From Hyaloraphidium curvatum SAG 235-1 (taxonomy: Eukaryota; Fungi; Monoblepharomycota): 64,000 nt of DNA. Location of the stretch: positions 372,001 through 436,000 of the forward strand of contig JAIVFI010000021.1 in assembly GCA_025558095.1 (NCBI GenBank). Reading direction: 5' to 3'. The position numbers and the translations under genes were made by a program. The number at the start of each line of letters is the position of its first letter. The first letter of the stretch is position 1. Below, piece after piece: positions 21,581 to 31,013 of this stretch. Under the pieces are notes generated by a model. That model saw only the letters and a list, made by a program, of their open reading frames with translations, had not been told where the DNA came from and made no database searches.

Positions 21581-22816
21581 TCAGCAACCATGACTGGGAA
21601 GACAGTAGGGAGGTTGCTGGAGCACCGAATTCGGCCAGAGGACAGAAGACCATTCAAATGGCCTACGTGGATTCCATGTCCAGTCTAGCGACTTTGGGGA
21701 TGTTGGTACCTTGTACGCTTTGAAGGTTTGCGTCCAGGGCATGGAAAAGTTCTGTGAGCAAGAGCTCTCATTTTTGACATTTTCACAGTTTGCTTGGTGC
21801 TGGATAGGAAGAAGGAGTTGTGTGGTTTGGTTTGCATTCAAAAAAAAAGATGTCAGCAGGTACAGGTGCGGATCGCCCCACCGGTGCTTAAATGCACCGT
21901 GGACGTTATCAAAATGCCACACGGTGTTCAGGTATGCGGGCGAACGGGCGAAAGCGGTATCAAATATGAAAGCGAACCCGTACCACGTCCAATACTTGGG
22001 CTTTCGATTCACATCCTGAAGGGGCTTTAGCTGATTGTACCTCAACAAGTCTTCCGCAGTTTCATATAGATTCACGACCACGTGGGGTTGATCGATGACC
22101 TCAACTACATATGCCGCCATAATATTACGCCTCTTCAGATGTTCAAACACGTCGAAATCGATCCGTTCCACTAGAGCCGCGTCTGCATCCAGTTTAAAGA
22201 TGTATCGGTATCCAAAGAAAGCCCGATGCAATGGCCAGCGGTAGATGTTTGTTCGAATCATATGCAGGTATTCGGGATACCAATTGAACAATTTGTATCC
22301 AGTCCGATTAAAGACTGCAAGATACTCCTCATCGATCAAGGCACGGCCAACGAACTCGATTCTGGAACGCGTCCAAGATCTGATGGTATCAATAGTCTGT
22401 TGAGGAAGATCCTCGTGGAGCAAAATCACGGGATAGTGAAACTGGTCGTTGAACGAGACGTCAAGAGATTGCAAACATCTCTTCAACAAGTGTGCCCGGT
22501 CGTCATCATGGTGGCTCCACAATATCATGAAAGCGCCCAGGCCGGATGTTGGGAAGTCTGCACTGTTTTGTAACGCGGAGCCCCAGACATTAGCTTCAAC
22601 GCTACGAGAGTAGAACTTATAGAAGTCTTGAATAAACGGATTATCGTTCGTCTCTCTCCTCTTCTCTTCTGCAACGTCCGCTTTTTCGCAAAAGCTGGCA
22701 ACTTCCCCGGGATTCGAGTGATCCAAAGCGGAAACCAAGAATGCAACGATGGCCAAAGGAAGAAGGACCTTAACATTCAAAGCTCGCTGTACTTCGGCGC
22801 TCAAGGGCATGGTCAA
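21581..22816 (-). CDS. Glycosyltransferase family 15 (Kre2/Ktr-like alpha-1,2-mannosyltransferase)
   Basis: Signal anchor followed by SLDVSFNDQFHYPVILLHE, YLHMIR, YRYIFKLDAD and HRWGDP. Confidence 0.85.
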   Translation of the reverse strand: MTMPLSAEVQRALNVKVLLPLAIVAFLVSALDHSNPGEVASFCEKADVAEEKRRETNDNPFIQDFYKFYSRSVEANVWGSALQNSADFPTSGLGAFMILWSHHDDDRAHLLKRCLQSLDVSFNDQFHYPVILLHEDLPQQTIDTIRSWTRSRIEFVGRALIDEEYLAVFNRTGYKLFNWYPEYLHMIRTNIYRWPLHRAFFGYRYIFKLDADAALVERIDFDVFEHLKRRNIMAAYVVEVIDQPHVVVNLYETAEDLLRYNQLKPLQDVNRKPKYWTWYGFAFIFDTAFARSPAYLNTVWHFDNVHGAFKHRWGDPHLYLLTSFFLNANQTTQLLLPIQHQANCENVKNESSCSQNFSMPWTQTFKAYKVPTSPKSLDWTWNPRRPFEWSSVLWPNSVLQQPPYCLPSHGC

Positions 22817-23018
22817 TGCTTTCCGCTGACAACCAAATCCTGGGAAGAGTGCAGAAGATTCATGGTCTACAAACAGTTAAGTTGTATGGCGGCCGGAACC
22901 GCACTTCCGCCTTTCGCGAGGGCCGGACAACTCAAGGGTTACAACTCAAGGGTTCGAGGGTTATGAGATGATGAGAGCGAATAATCGACACTTGAATCAC
23001 AGCTCGTCCGCAACCTCA

Positions 23019-24142
23019 ATGACCCGAGTCTGCATCGTCGGCACCGGAGCAATCGGCTCGTTCGTCGCGGCCAAGTTGGCCTTGACTGCCGTGAACCCGC
23101 CGACTGTCACGGTGGTTGCGCGAGGCGCGAACCTGGAAGCGATCCGCTCAGGTGGCATCTCGCTCCTGGACCATGACGGCGTGGAAATTGGTCGTGCCCG
23201 CAACGTGGTTGCCGTCGAATCGACAAAGGAAGCGGGGCCGCAGGATGTCGTCGTGCTGGCAGTCAAGGCGCACCAGGTTGGAGACGTCGCGGACTCGCTC
23301 GCGAATCTGTACACCGACAACACCGTGGTGGTGACCATGCAGAATGGGTATGTCGTGTGGCGCGTCTCCAACCGCGATTTGTGCTGAACGGACTCACCAT
23401 GTGAAGGATTCCGTTCTGGTACTTTCGGAACCTCTCGGCGCGGCCGGATCTCGCGTCGACCGCCATCCGGACCGTGGATCCCGACGGCACGCTCGCAGAC
23501 AGGGTGCAGGTGGAGCGCATCATCGGGTGCGTTGTGTACCCGGCAACCGATCGGCCCGCTCCGGGGTTCGTGCGCCACATCGAAGGGGACAGGTTCCCGG
23601 TCGGAGAACTGGACGGTCGCCTGACGCCGCGGGTCCGAATGGTGTCGGATCTGTTGCAGGCAGCCGGGCTGAAGGCACCAGTATTCCACCACGATTCCGA
23701 CAAGGCGGGGACGAAGGACATTCGCGACGAGATCTGGCTCAAGCTGTGGGGCAACCTGTCCTTCAACCCGATCTCGGCGCTCACGCACGCAACGCTTGTT
23801 GATCTCTGCACGTTCCCCTTGACGAGGGAACTGGCGGCTGCAATGATGAGGGAAGCTCAGGGGGTAGCGGAGAGCCTGGGTGCGCACTTCAGGGTGACAC
23901 TGGAAAAGCGAATCGCCGGGGGCGCTGCGGTCGGCAAGCACAAGACATCCACACTCCAAGACGTGGAGGTGGGAAACGACCCAGAGGTAGATGCTCTTGT
24001 CGGCGCTGTGGCGGAGCTCGGGACAGTGGCCGGATTGCCCACGCCGCATATTGACGCGGTTTTCGCCTGCGTGAAGCTGCTTGCCAAGGTCATGGCGGAG
24101 GAGAAGAGCGCATGTAGGATGGTTCCAGTCGTCGTACAATGA
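23019..24142 (+). CDS. panE: 2-dehydropantoate 2-reductase family (PanE/ApbA), bacterial-type
   Basis: IVGTGAIG and VLAVKAHQ. QNG/IPFWYF is joined by one intron (23348-23406). Also WLKLWGNLSFNPISALT and HKTSTLQD...EVDALVG. Confidence 0.9.
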
Positions 24143-24147
24143 GACTT

Positions 24148-25376
24148 TTACTGGCAATCGCAAGTCTGCTGTGTTTTGGCCTCCCACTCCAACCTCCAGT
24201 TCTCCACAGCGGCCCGCAGAACGGGCCATCCCTCGGTGCTGCGCGCGCTTTCGACGAGCTCGTACATATTCGGGAACGCAGAAAGGATCAACGGCTTGAA
24301 GCAGGCCGGTGGTAGCGCCAAAAGCAGCAGTGCGAATCGCTCGCTTTCGACTCCGAAGTCCGAACCCGCCTCGAACACCAACGACGAAACGTCTTTGAAG
24401 AGGGGATGCTGGCGGACCGTCGCATCAATTAGAGGTGTCGTCCTCGGAAGGAACATGTCCATAATGGAGGCAGGCAAATCTGACACATGGCTGACCACCG
24501 TGGTGACGGCGAGGTCTATGACGGATCGCAGCGTCGGCGATGTCGTGAATTCCATCGCCTCTCGCTGTTCCGCGGCACTCAGGTGGTTGACAGGAGGGTA
24601 CAATTGCCGAAAAGCGTCCGGGATCACCTGTGAAATGAGCGTGTCCAGTCCAGCCCGCTTCACACCAAGTGACGGGGCGGAAGTGAGGTCAATGTTGAGC
24701 TCCTCATTTGCAGTTGCCATGCTCTCGCCCAGCTTGCAGACCGACATGCTCGACTTCCGCATAGGCACGGGAGTCCCCGGAGCAGACGCTTGCGACAATG
24801 TTTGATTGCCCTTCGCCTTACGAAGTAAGTACCAGCCGCGCGACAGGCCCGTTTCGCGGTCGATCTGCTTCATGGCTTCGAAAAGCAGCCGTGCAGGGGC
24901 AAAATAGGCTGGCCACAACGGTCCCGTGAGCGTGAGTCCTGCTTGCGCAATGCGAACGCCTACCTGGATACTTGAACCGAGCAACATCAAGCACCAGAGC
25001 ATACGGCTCTGATCCATCGGCCGGCTCGTACAGGGCAGCCACGGGACTGAAGTGCCCATCGCCCGTCTGACCCAGGTGCTTCCGCGAAAAGCTCACGACC
25101 ATCTGCACATCACCGGAGCCACTGCACACCTCCTTCAGGTCAGCAAGGAAGTCTGCGTATGTGAAGCGATCACCACGCTTGGCCACCACGTCCAGGCCAT
25201 TGCAGGTTGCCAGGCGCGCAAAAGCGCCGAAAGTAATGCCCCTGCCATGTAATTCCTCCAGCGGAGATAGGCAAGAAAGAGTTGCGTCCGACCACCAGCG
25301 CCAGACCCCCTTCCAAGGTCGTTGTGGGTCGATCGCCAGCGCGTTAAGTGCCATCGCCAGTGCAGCCGGCCCGCAG
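24148..25376 (-). CDS. Phytochelatin synthase copy B (lacks an adjacent canonical 5' exon)
   Basis: An acceptor CAG is followed by CGPAALAMALNALAIDPQRPWKGVWRWW, GQTGDGHFSP and LVLDVARFKYP. After intron 24909-24963 comes AYFAP...DRETGLSRG and a long C-terminal tail. The Cys-His-Asp triad is present. Confidence 0.75.
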
Positions 25377-25387
25377 CTGCGGCACGC

Positions 25388-26590
25388 TCAAACAGCACCA
25401 CGGAGTGCCGTCATCAGGAAGCGAGAGCATGCATTGACCACGCCCGCCAGAGTCGAAGTGGCCGTGGTTGATCTACGCCAAGCTGCAGTTGAAAGTGATG
25501 ATGCTAAGCTGGCATGGATGATTGAACTCGACGGTGTCGAACTCGACCATGTCCGCGAGAGCGCAGGGACGTGAACACGGGGTCGGCAGCTAAGTCGATG
25601 GATGGGAAGCACGTTTGACCCCGGCGGTAATAGCGCCCTAGCTCCGAGGACGGCGCTGCCAGCGCAGACATCCCGTTCTCCGCTTGTCATAAAGTGCCCC
25701 CGCTTCTCCACCAAATTGAGTCCAAATTTCCGGCGAGTGAATGCGCTTTTCGAAAAATGGCGGGAAAAAAACGTGGTCCCGCCAAGGGAGGTCACGCGTG
25801 GCCCCGTGGGCTTTGCAGGCGATGTGAAGTCAGCCCCACCTGAAGGAGGGACAAAAAGTGGCGGTGGATCTGACGCCCGCGATAGGACCGCGAAACCCCT
25901 AGGCTTGCCAGTCACGCTGTCTAGTTTGCCCAGAGATGCCCACAGGGTGGAAATGTCGGCCCAGTACGTGGGGTATTTGAATCTGGCGACGTCCAGAACC
26001 AGAACGCGATCGTCCTGAGGAGAATAGCCACCCAAAGGGGAGAAGTGGCCATCACCTGTCTGACCTAGCGTTGCCCGGTCGTAAGCAACGCAGAGCACAG
26101 CCGGCATCCCGGTGCCGATGGTGGAGAAGGACGAAGTGAGCGCGATGGCCCTCCGGAACTCGTCTTCCGAAGACGAGTCAGCCCGAAAAACGTCCGCCCT
26201 GAGCCCGTTGCACCCCGCAAGGCAGGCAAACTCGTCCAAAGTGAGGCCTTTCTCCCGCACCGTCTCGAGCGGTCGGCAGCAGTCAAGCAGAGTCTCGTCG
26301 TAGTGACGCCAAACCCCCTTCCACGGTCTCCCTGGGTCTACCTCGAGAGCGTTGAGAACGGTGGCAAGGGTGCCAAGGCCGCAGAACGCGGGTTCGGATT
26401 GGGTCACGAGGTGCGTAACGAGAAGGAAGAAAGCGTCGAGATAGGAGGAGGGGCGGCCGGAGGATGCCTCGGCAGGGAATGGCAGGTCTGAGGAGCCCGC
26501 GGCCATCGCGCGGCCAAAAATCGCGCGGCCCTCTGATGAGCTGAACGGGACCAGAGAGGGCGGGAGCGGCCGTCTGTAGAATGTCTGCAT
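25388..26590 (-). CDS. PCS: Phytochelatin synthase copy A (glutathione gamma-glutamylcysteinyltransferase)
   Basis: TFYRRPLP, TQSEPAFCGLGTL, DPGRPWKGVWR, LDCC, GQTGDGHFSPLGGY, LDVARFKYP and DSVTGKPRGF form a complete catalytic domain to ~25880. The C-terminal 160 codons are of uncertain origin. Confidence 0.92.
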   Translation of the reverse strand: MQTFYRRPLPPSLVPFSSSEGRAIFGRAMAAGSSDLPFPAEASSGRPSSYLDAFFLLVTHLVTQSEPAFCGLGTLATVLNALEVDPGRPWKGVWRHYDETLLDCCRPLETVREKGLTLDEFACLAGCNGLRADVFRADSSSEDEFRRAIALTSSFSTIGTGMPAVLCVAYDRATLGQTGDGHFSPLGGYSPQDDRVLVLDVARFKYPTYWADISTLWASLGKLDSVTGKPRGFAVLSRASDPPPLFVPPSGGADFTSPAKPTGPRVTSLGGTTFFSRHFSKSAFTRRKFGLNLVEKRGHFMTSGERDVCAGSAVLGARALLPPGSNVLPIHRLSCRPRVHVPALSRTWSSSTPSSSIIHASLASSLSTAAWRRSTTATSTLAGVVNACSRFLMTALRGAV

Positions 26591-28456
26591 GGTGGATTCC
26601 CCTTTGCGGCACACGATGCGGCGCGGCTGATGCTGATCGTTGGGCGCCGACCTAATCATGGCCGGAACCATGCTACGAGCGGACACTTTTTAATTATTTC
26701 GGGTCAGGGGGGCGGAGCCCCCCGGTTTTATTCATTTTGAGGCCATTTTCGGCTTCCGGACATTTGAATGTCGCTGTCTGCGGTTGTCGATCGCGGAGTC
26801 CCGGAGTCCGAAGTGAAGCGGGTTCGAGGCGTCTCCGACCAAGCATGGAGAAAGTGACGCACGTTATCAAAAAGTGCTGCGACTCGATGAACACAATGGA
26901 TGCCGCCGTGGTGACCTCACTGCTGGTCAGGTCGCGGTCTTGCGGGGCACCTCGATTGTGCTGTTCGCCGGAGCCCCACGCTTCAGCGCTGCTGTCTCCG
27001 GCGTCTGAGTCTAGGCATGGCGCTGCCCATCACTAATCTAGGGGCCTGGTGGCCCACCAATCAGCGAATCGCCAATCATGGTGCACACGTTGAACGGGCA
27101 ACCTGGAGCCTGACTCTTCGAAGGCCGGTGGGCACGGCGGCCGCGGCTTAAACCCGGTCGTCACGTTGATACGCCCGCTCTGTACGACGCAATGTAGTTC
27201 AGATGCCCTCCAGCTCAGGGACCCCGCCGGCACGCTCGCCGCCGATGATCCCCATCTCCAGGCGCTCAAGCACGCCACCGGAACAGTTCCAACTTCCAAA
27301 AACGGAAAGCGTTCCAAACACATAGCAGCCCTCGGCGCTGTCGGATCTCCTTTGAGCCATGGTTCGCGTCTGATGTCTGGAGAGCGATTGCGCAAGGAGT
27401 TCCAGAATTGCTCGATCCAGTGGCTTGGTCACCCCAGTTCTCTACCGTCGACGGCAACGATAATCTTCATTAACTTGTTTTTTGGGCCAGAATCACGTTC
27501 CTGAAGCTCCGCTCCACGTACGGCACGGGGGCGGGCACGCGAGCACAGAAGGGGTCCTCGGGCGACACCAACAGCTGCAGCCATGGCTCCGCATGCGACT
27601 CAATGAAATGCCACAATAGTGAAACACTGGAGGCGGCCACGATTGGCGAGGCGACAGAGCTCTGGACTCCGTCGGCAGCGCGGAGACCGCGTCGGTCGGG
27701 ACGACCTTTGAACGACTGCCGCTCCCCAAACAGAGCTTGTGCGGCCAAATCCCGTCGTCCACTGCTTCCAAGCACATAGTAGACGGAGCTGAAGGGCGGG
27801 AAATCGGACCCTTCGGCTCCAGTGCGTGGGGAAAAGGTGTGTAGACCGATGCCATGCCAGCCAGTAGTTTGGTACGCCAAAGCCTGGTAGACCGATGCCA
27901 GCCAATTTCGAATTTCTCATCCTGCGGTGCGTCCCGGGCCCGGCGCCCCGCATGCCGCGGCTGCGGCCATGTTTCCGGCCGTTAGGACTGCTGCTCTTAA
28001 CTTTACGCACCAGGATTTGCTTCTCTCCCTGAATGGGAAGCGCCATTTCGCGAAGAAGTGAATCGAAAGAAGATCCGAATCATCGAGAGAAGACCGCGGT
28101 AGAGATCCCACCGACAGGTCATTATCGCCCGTCAAGAGAGCACTACGTGGAGCTCTCAACCCCCGCGCCAACGTCAACATCGAGTCTCGGTCGAAATTGG
28201 TGGATTCGCCACCATCCTTCGTGCGACCAGCAGATCCTTGCTCTTTGTTCAGGCAGCTTTCGCTGTACATCCATTCTAGTTGGCATCTACCGCGTCCATC
28301 CATCCATCGAATAAATCCACCTTCCTCCTCGCCTATGCCCTATTCCGGCATCGTTCCGTCGGCATGTTGGGAGAGGCCGTGGGGTGAGGGCCTTGACCCG
28401 TCAATTGTCTTGTCTACCAACACCCAAACTTTGTCCACTTACCATCGCCGCCCTCA

Positions 28457-29493
28457 ATGCCCGAGGACGAGGAGACGAAGCGGACGGGCGAGAATGTGGC
28501 GCAGGCTGCATCGGGCCAGGTGGTCTGCGTGGAGGAACCGGAATCGGGGCATCGTGCGCTCCACGGCTGTCCGGTCCGCGGCGAGCAGCGTATGTGTCGT
28601 AGCACACATACGCATCGCCCACGGCCTTACCGTGTTGTTGCCGTCGTTCAGCCGCTCACCCGGCGGACCTGAACCTCGAAGCCCGCCCGAGCCCGCTGCC
28701 CGGTTCCGCTTCCGTCGCGGAGGCCGTCGAGGACCTCCTGCCGTCGTCGACCGATTTCCGGCACGGGATGGCTGATGTTGCAGCCATCAAGCAGAAACTG
28801 TCGATCCTTGGCGCCGTTGTAGCCGAGGTAAACCAGTTCAATGGTCAGACGAAGGCATTTGTGTCCAGCATGCTCTCGGACCTGCGGGACAGGTACTCGA
28901 AGAAGGCCGCCAGGGCAGATGCGGACGAAACCATCTCCCGGAACCTGCGCGGGCAGGTGCCCAACGACGCGCCCGCAGCTTTCACTGCTCGCCAGGCGGA
29001 AGAGATCAAGGCACCTCTGATGGGACGGGCAATGTACAACACCATCCTGGTCAAGGAGCGGCTCGCGGACGGAACTTTTCAGTGCAAGCTCATGAAGCGC
29101 TCTCTGACCGTGGTTCCAAAGCCGCCTAAATCTCCAAAGAAGAAGGGAGACATCAACAAAGGCAAAAATGTTCTGCGCCCCGAGGACAGTGGCGGCGCAG
29201 ACGCGGAGGGCGAGGATGGCGAAGGTGCGGAAGAAGGACAGGCTGGATATGCCAAAGATGGGAATGAAGAGGACGATGACATGGGATACGCAGTCCCAGC
29301 TGCCACCCTGGCAGAGTATCTCGTTGAACGGAGGCTTTGCCTCCCGATGCGCAGGGACCCCGATCTGGCGGGCTCGGCCTTGATCCAGGGGCACCCTGAC
29401 TTCATCACCATGTTCAGTATGTCGATGTTGCGGTCCGTGGGCGACAAATTATGTCTCACTCTCCTCCGAGGGAGATGCCTTCTGGGACGGTGA
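28457..29493 (+). CDS. Hypothetical protein (orphan; Lys-rich and acidic patches)
   Basis: Exon 1 MPEDEETK... splices via intron 28590-28651 in frame into ORF 28768-29493. The 3' end is uncertain (possible further intron near 29417). Confidence 0.55.
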
Positions 29494-31013
29494 AGTCCGG
29501 GAGCGGAAGGTATCTATCCGGCGGAGTCCAGGGGAAGAAGGTCCGCGGCGGCAGCCGAGAAGGCGGCGTTCTTGGCGCCAGCTGCCCCGACTTCTTCTTG
29601 TTCTTCAGCGCGGGCATGATGAGGGTGAAGCTGGGAGTAGGAGGAGCATGCGGCTCTGGCTGCGGCTGCGGCAGTCATCACCTCCGCACCCAATCAATCG
29701 CGCCCACGGAAAATGCTTCAGGGGCCCGAAATCCACTCGGATTGGACCAAAAATGATCGCAACAGATTTATTTGGATGACAGCTACAGCGTATGGTCCGT
29801 ACTACAGCGATCGGACGGGAAGGTGCCGCGTCGGTCCCGTCCGCAGCTGGGAGCTTTGGACGGCGCGGCAGGCACCGCCAGACCGAATAACCGGCCGGAA
29901 ACCGGAACGATGTGGGCCGGCGCATGCCGCCAACCGTCAAAACTGGCCGCAGAGGTGGGAGAGAGCGGCAAATCGAGCGAAGATTTGGGGAGGGAGGGCA
30001 AGAGCGCCGCGCGCGCGCTGTTCCAAGGCACAAACAGCGTCGTCAGACCTTCTGCTTTGCAGCGACGAATACCGACTCACGACGTCGTAGGCGACAAAAT
30101 TACCCCAAGGAGGCAGCTGAGCGGGGTCGAAGCGGTGCGACGACCACGGTTCGATGGCGTCGCTGTTCCGCGCCGCTGTCCCGCGCCGTCGGGGGGCAGC
30201 GTCCTGGCCCTGGAGCCCAAAAAGACCGGGACGGCTCGGGGAAATCGGCCAAAAAGACCGAGGAAGTCGGGCGGCGAACACCCGGGGCCCGAACCCGGGA
30301 ATCGGGTAGACAACAGACGCCGACCGGTGCTAGGACTTTTAGGCCAGCCATCGACGATGACTCACGGAGTGTCTGCTGGGTCCGAGGACCGTCCCCGGGC
30401 TTGGCAGAGCCCAAGAGGGAGCAGACCACGACCCCTGCGAACGGTAGAACCACAGGCATAAGGAATAGCACGTTCGAAAAACGCGAACAGCCGTGCTTGA
30501 GGTAAGAGCAGGATCTCCAAAATCGGAGAAGCACTCACGGAAGGCTTCACAGGAACGGCCAACGCGATACGCCGATCGCCCTCGCACCGCGTCGGCATCC
30601 CGTCCGCCCCATCCCGGCCCTCCTCGCCGTCCGCAGCCTCGGGAACGTCACATGACGTTCCTAACCCGCGTGTTTGGCCTGTCCCGGATCGCGGGAAATC
30701 GGACACGAGCTTCACGCGTCGAATGTTCGTATAGTGAGTTGCACAAGCTCGTTCCCTTCTCCCCTCTCAACGTTTTGCAGCTCGCCGGCGGCACTGATTC
30801 GCACGGACTCGGCCCCTGCAGCCGGGCCGTCACGACCCTACGGGACGCCTGCCAGTGGCCCGCCCCTCGCACGGCGCCCCGGCTCGACGCGCGAGAGGCC
30901 GCGGACTGCGGAGGAACCGGCCCGGGCCGGCGGTCCCCGCGCGGTCCAGGTACGGCCATGGGCCGCTGCGGCGAGGCGGATCTCATCGAGATCGACTGCC
31001 AGGCATTTCAATC

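Noticed and set aside
25430-25560. Minus-strand SIITFN...HGHFD resembling a TET/JBP 2OG-Fe(II) HxD motif
   Set aside because: Very short, contains a stop codon, and no other dioxygenase motifs are nearby.
26800-27780. Minus-strand fragments hinting at a decayed fucosyltransferase-like gene (IVFIESQHFLITCVTFS)
   Set aside because: A single loose motif among stops and frameshifts, which cannot be supported without a profile search.
27820-27850. CAGTG... Tc1-like terminal inverted repeat
   Set aside because: No flanking TA and no inverted partner found in the window.
30730-30739. tatagtgagt, partial reverse T7 promoter
   Set aside because: Only 10 nt match and the following cgtatta is absent, so this is a chance match rather than vector sequence.
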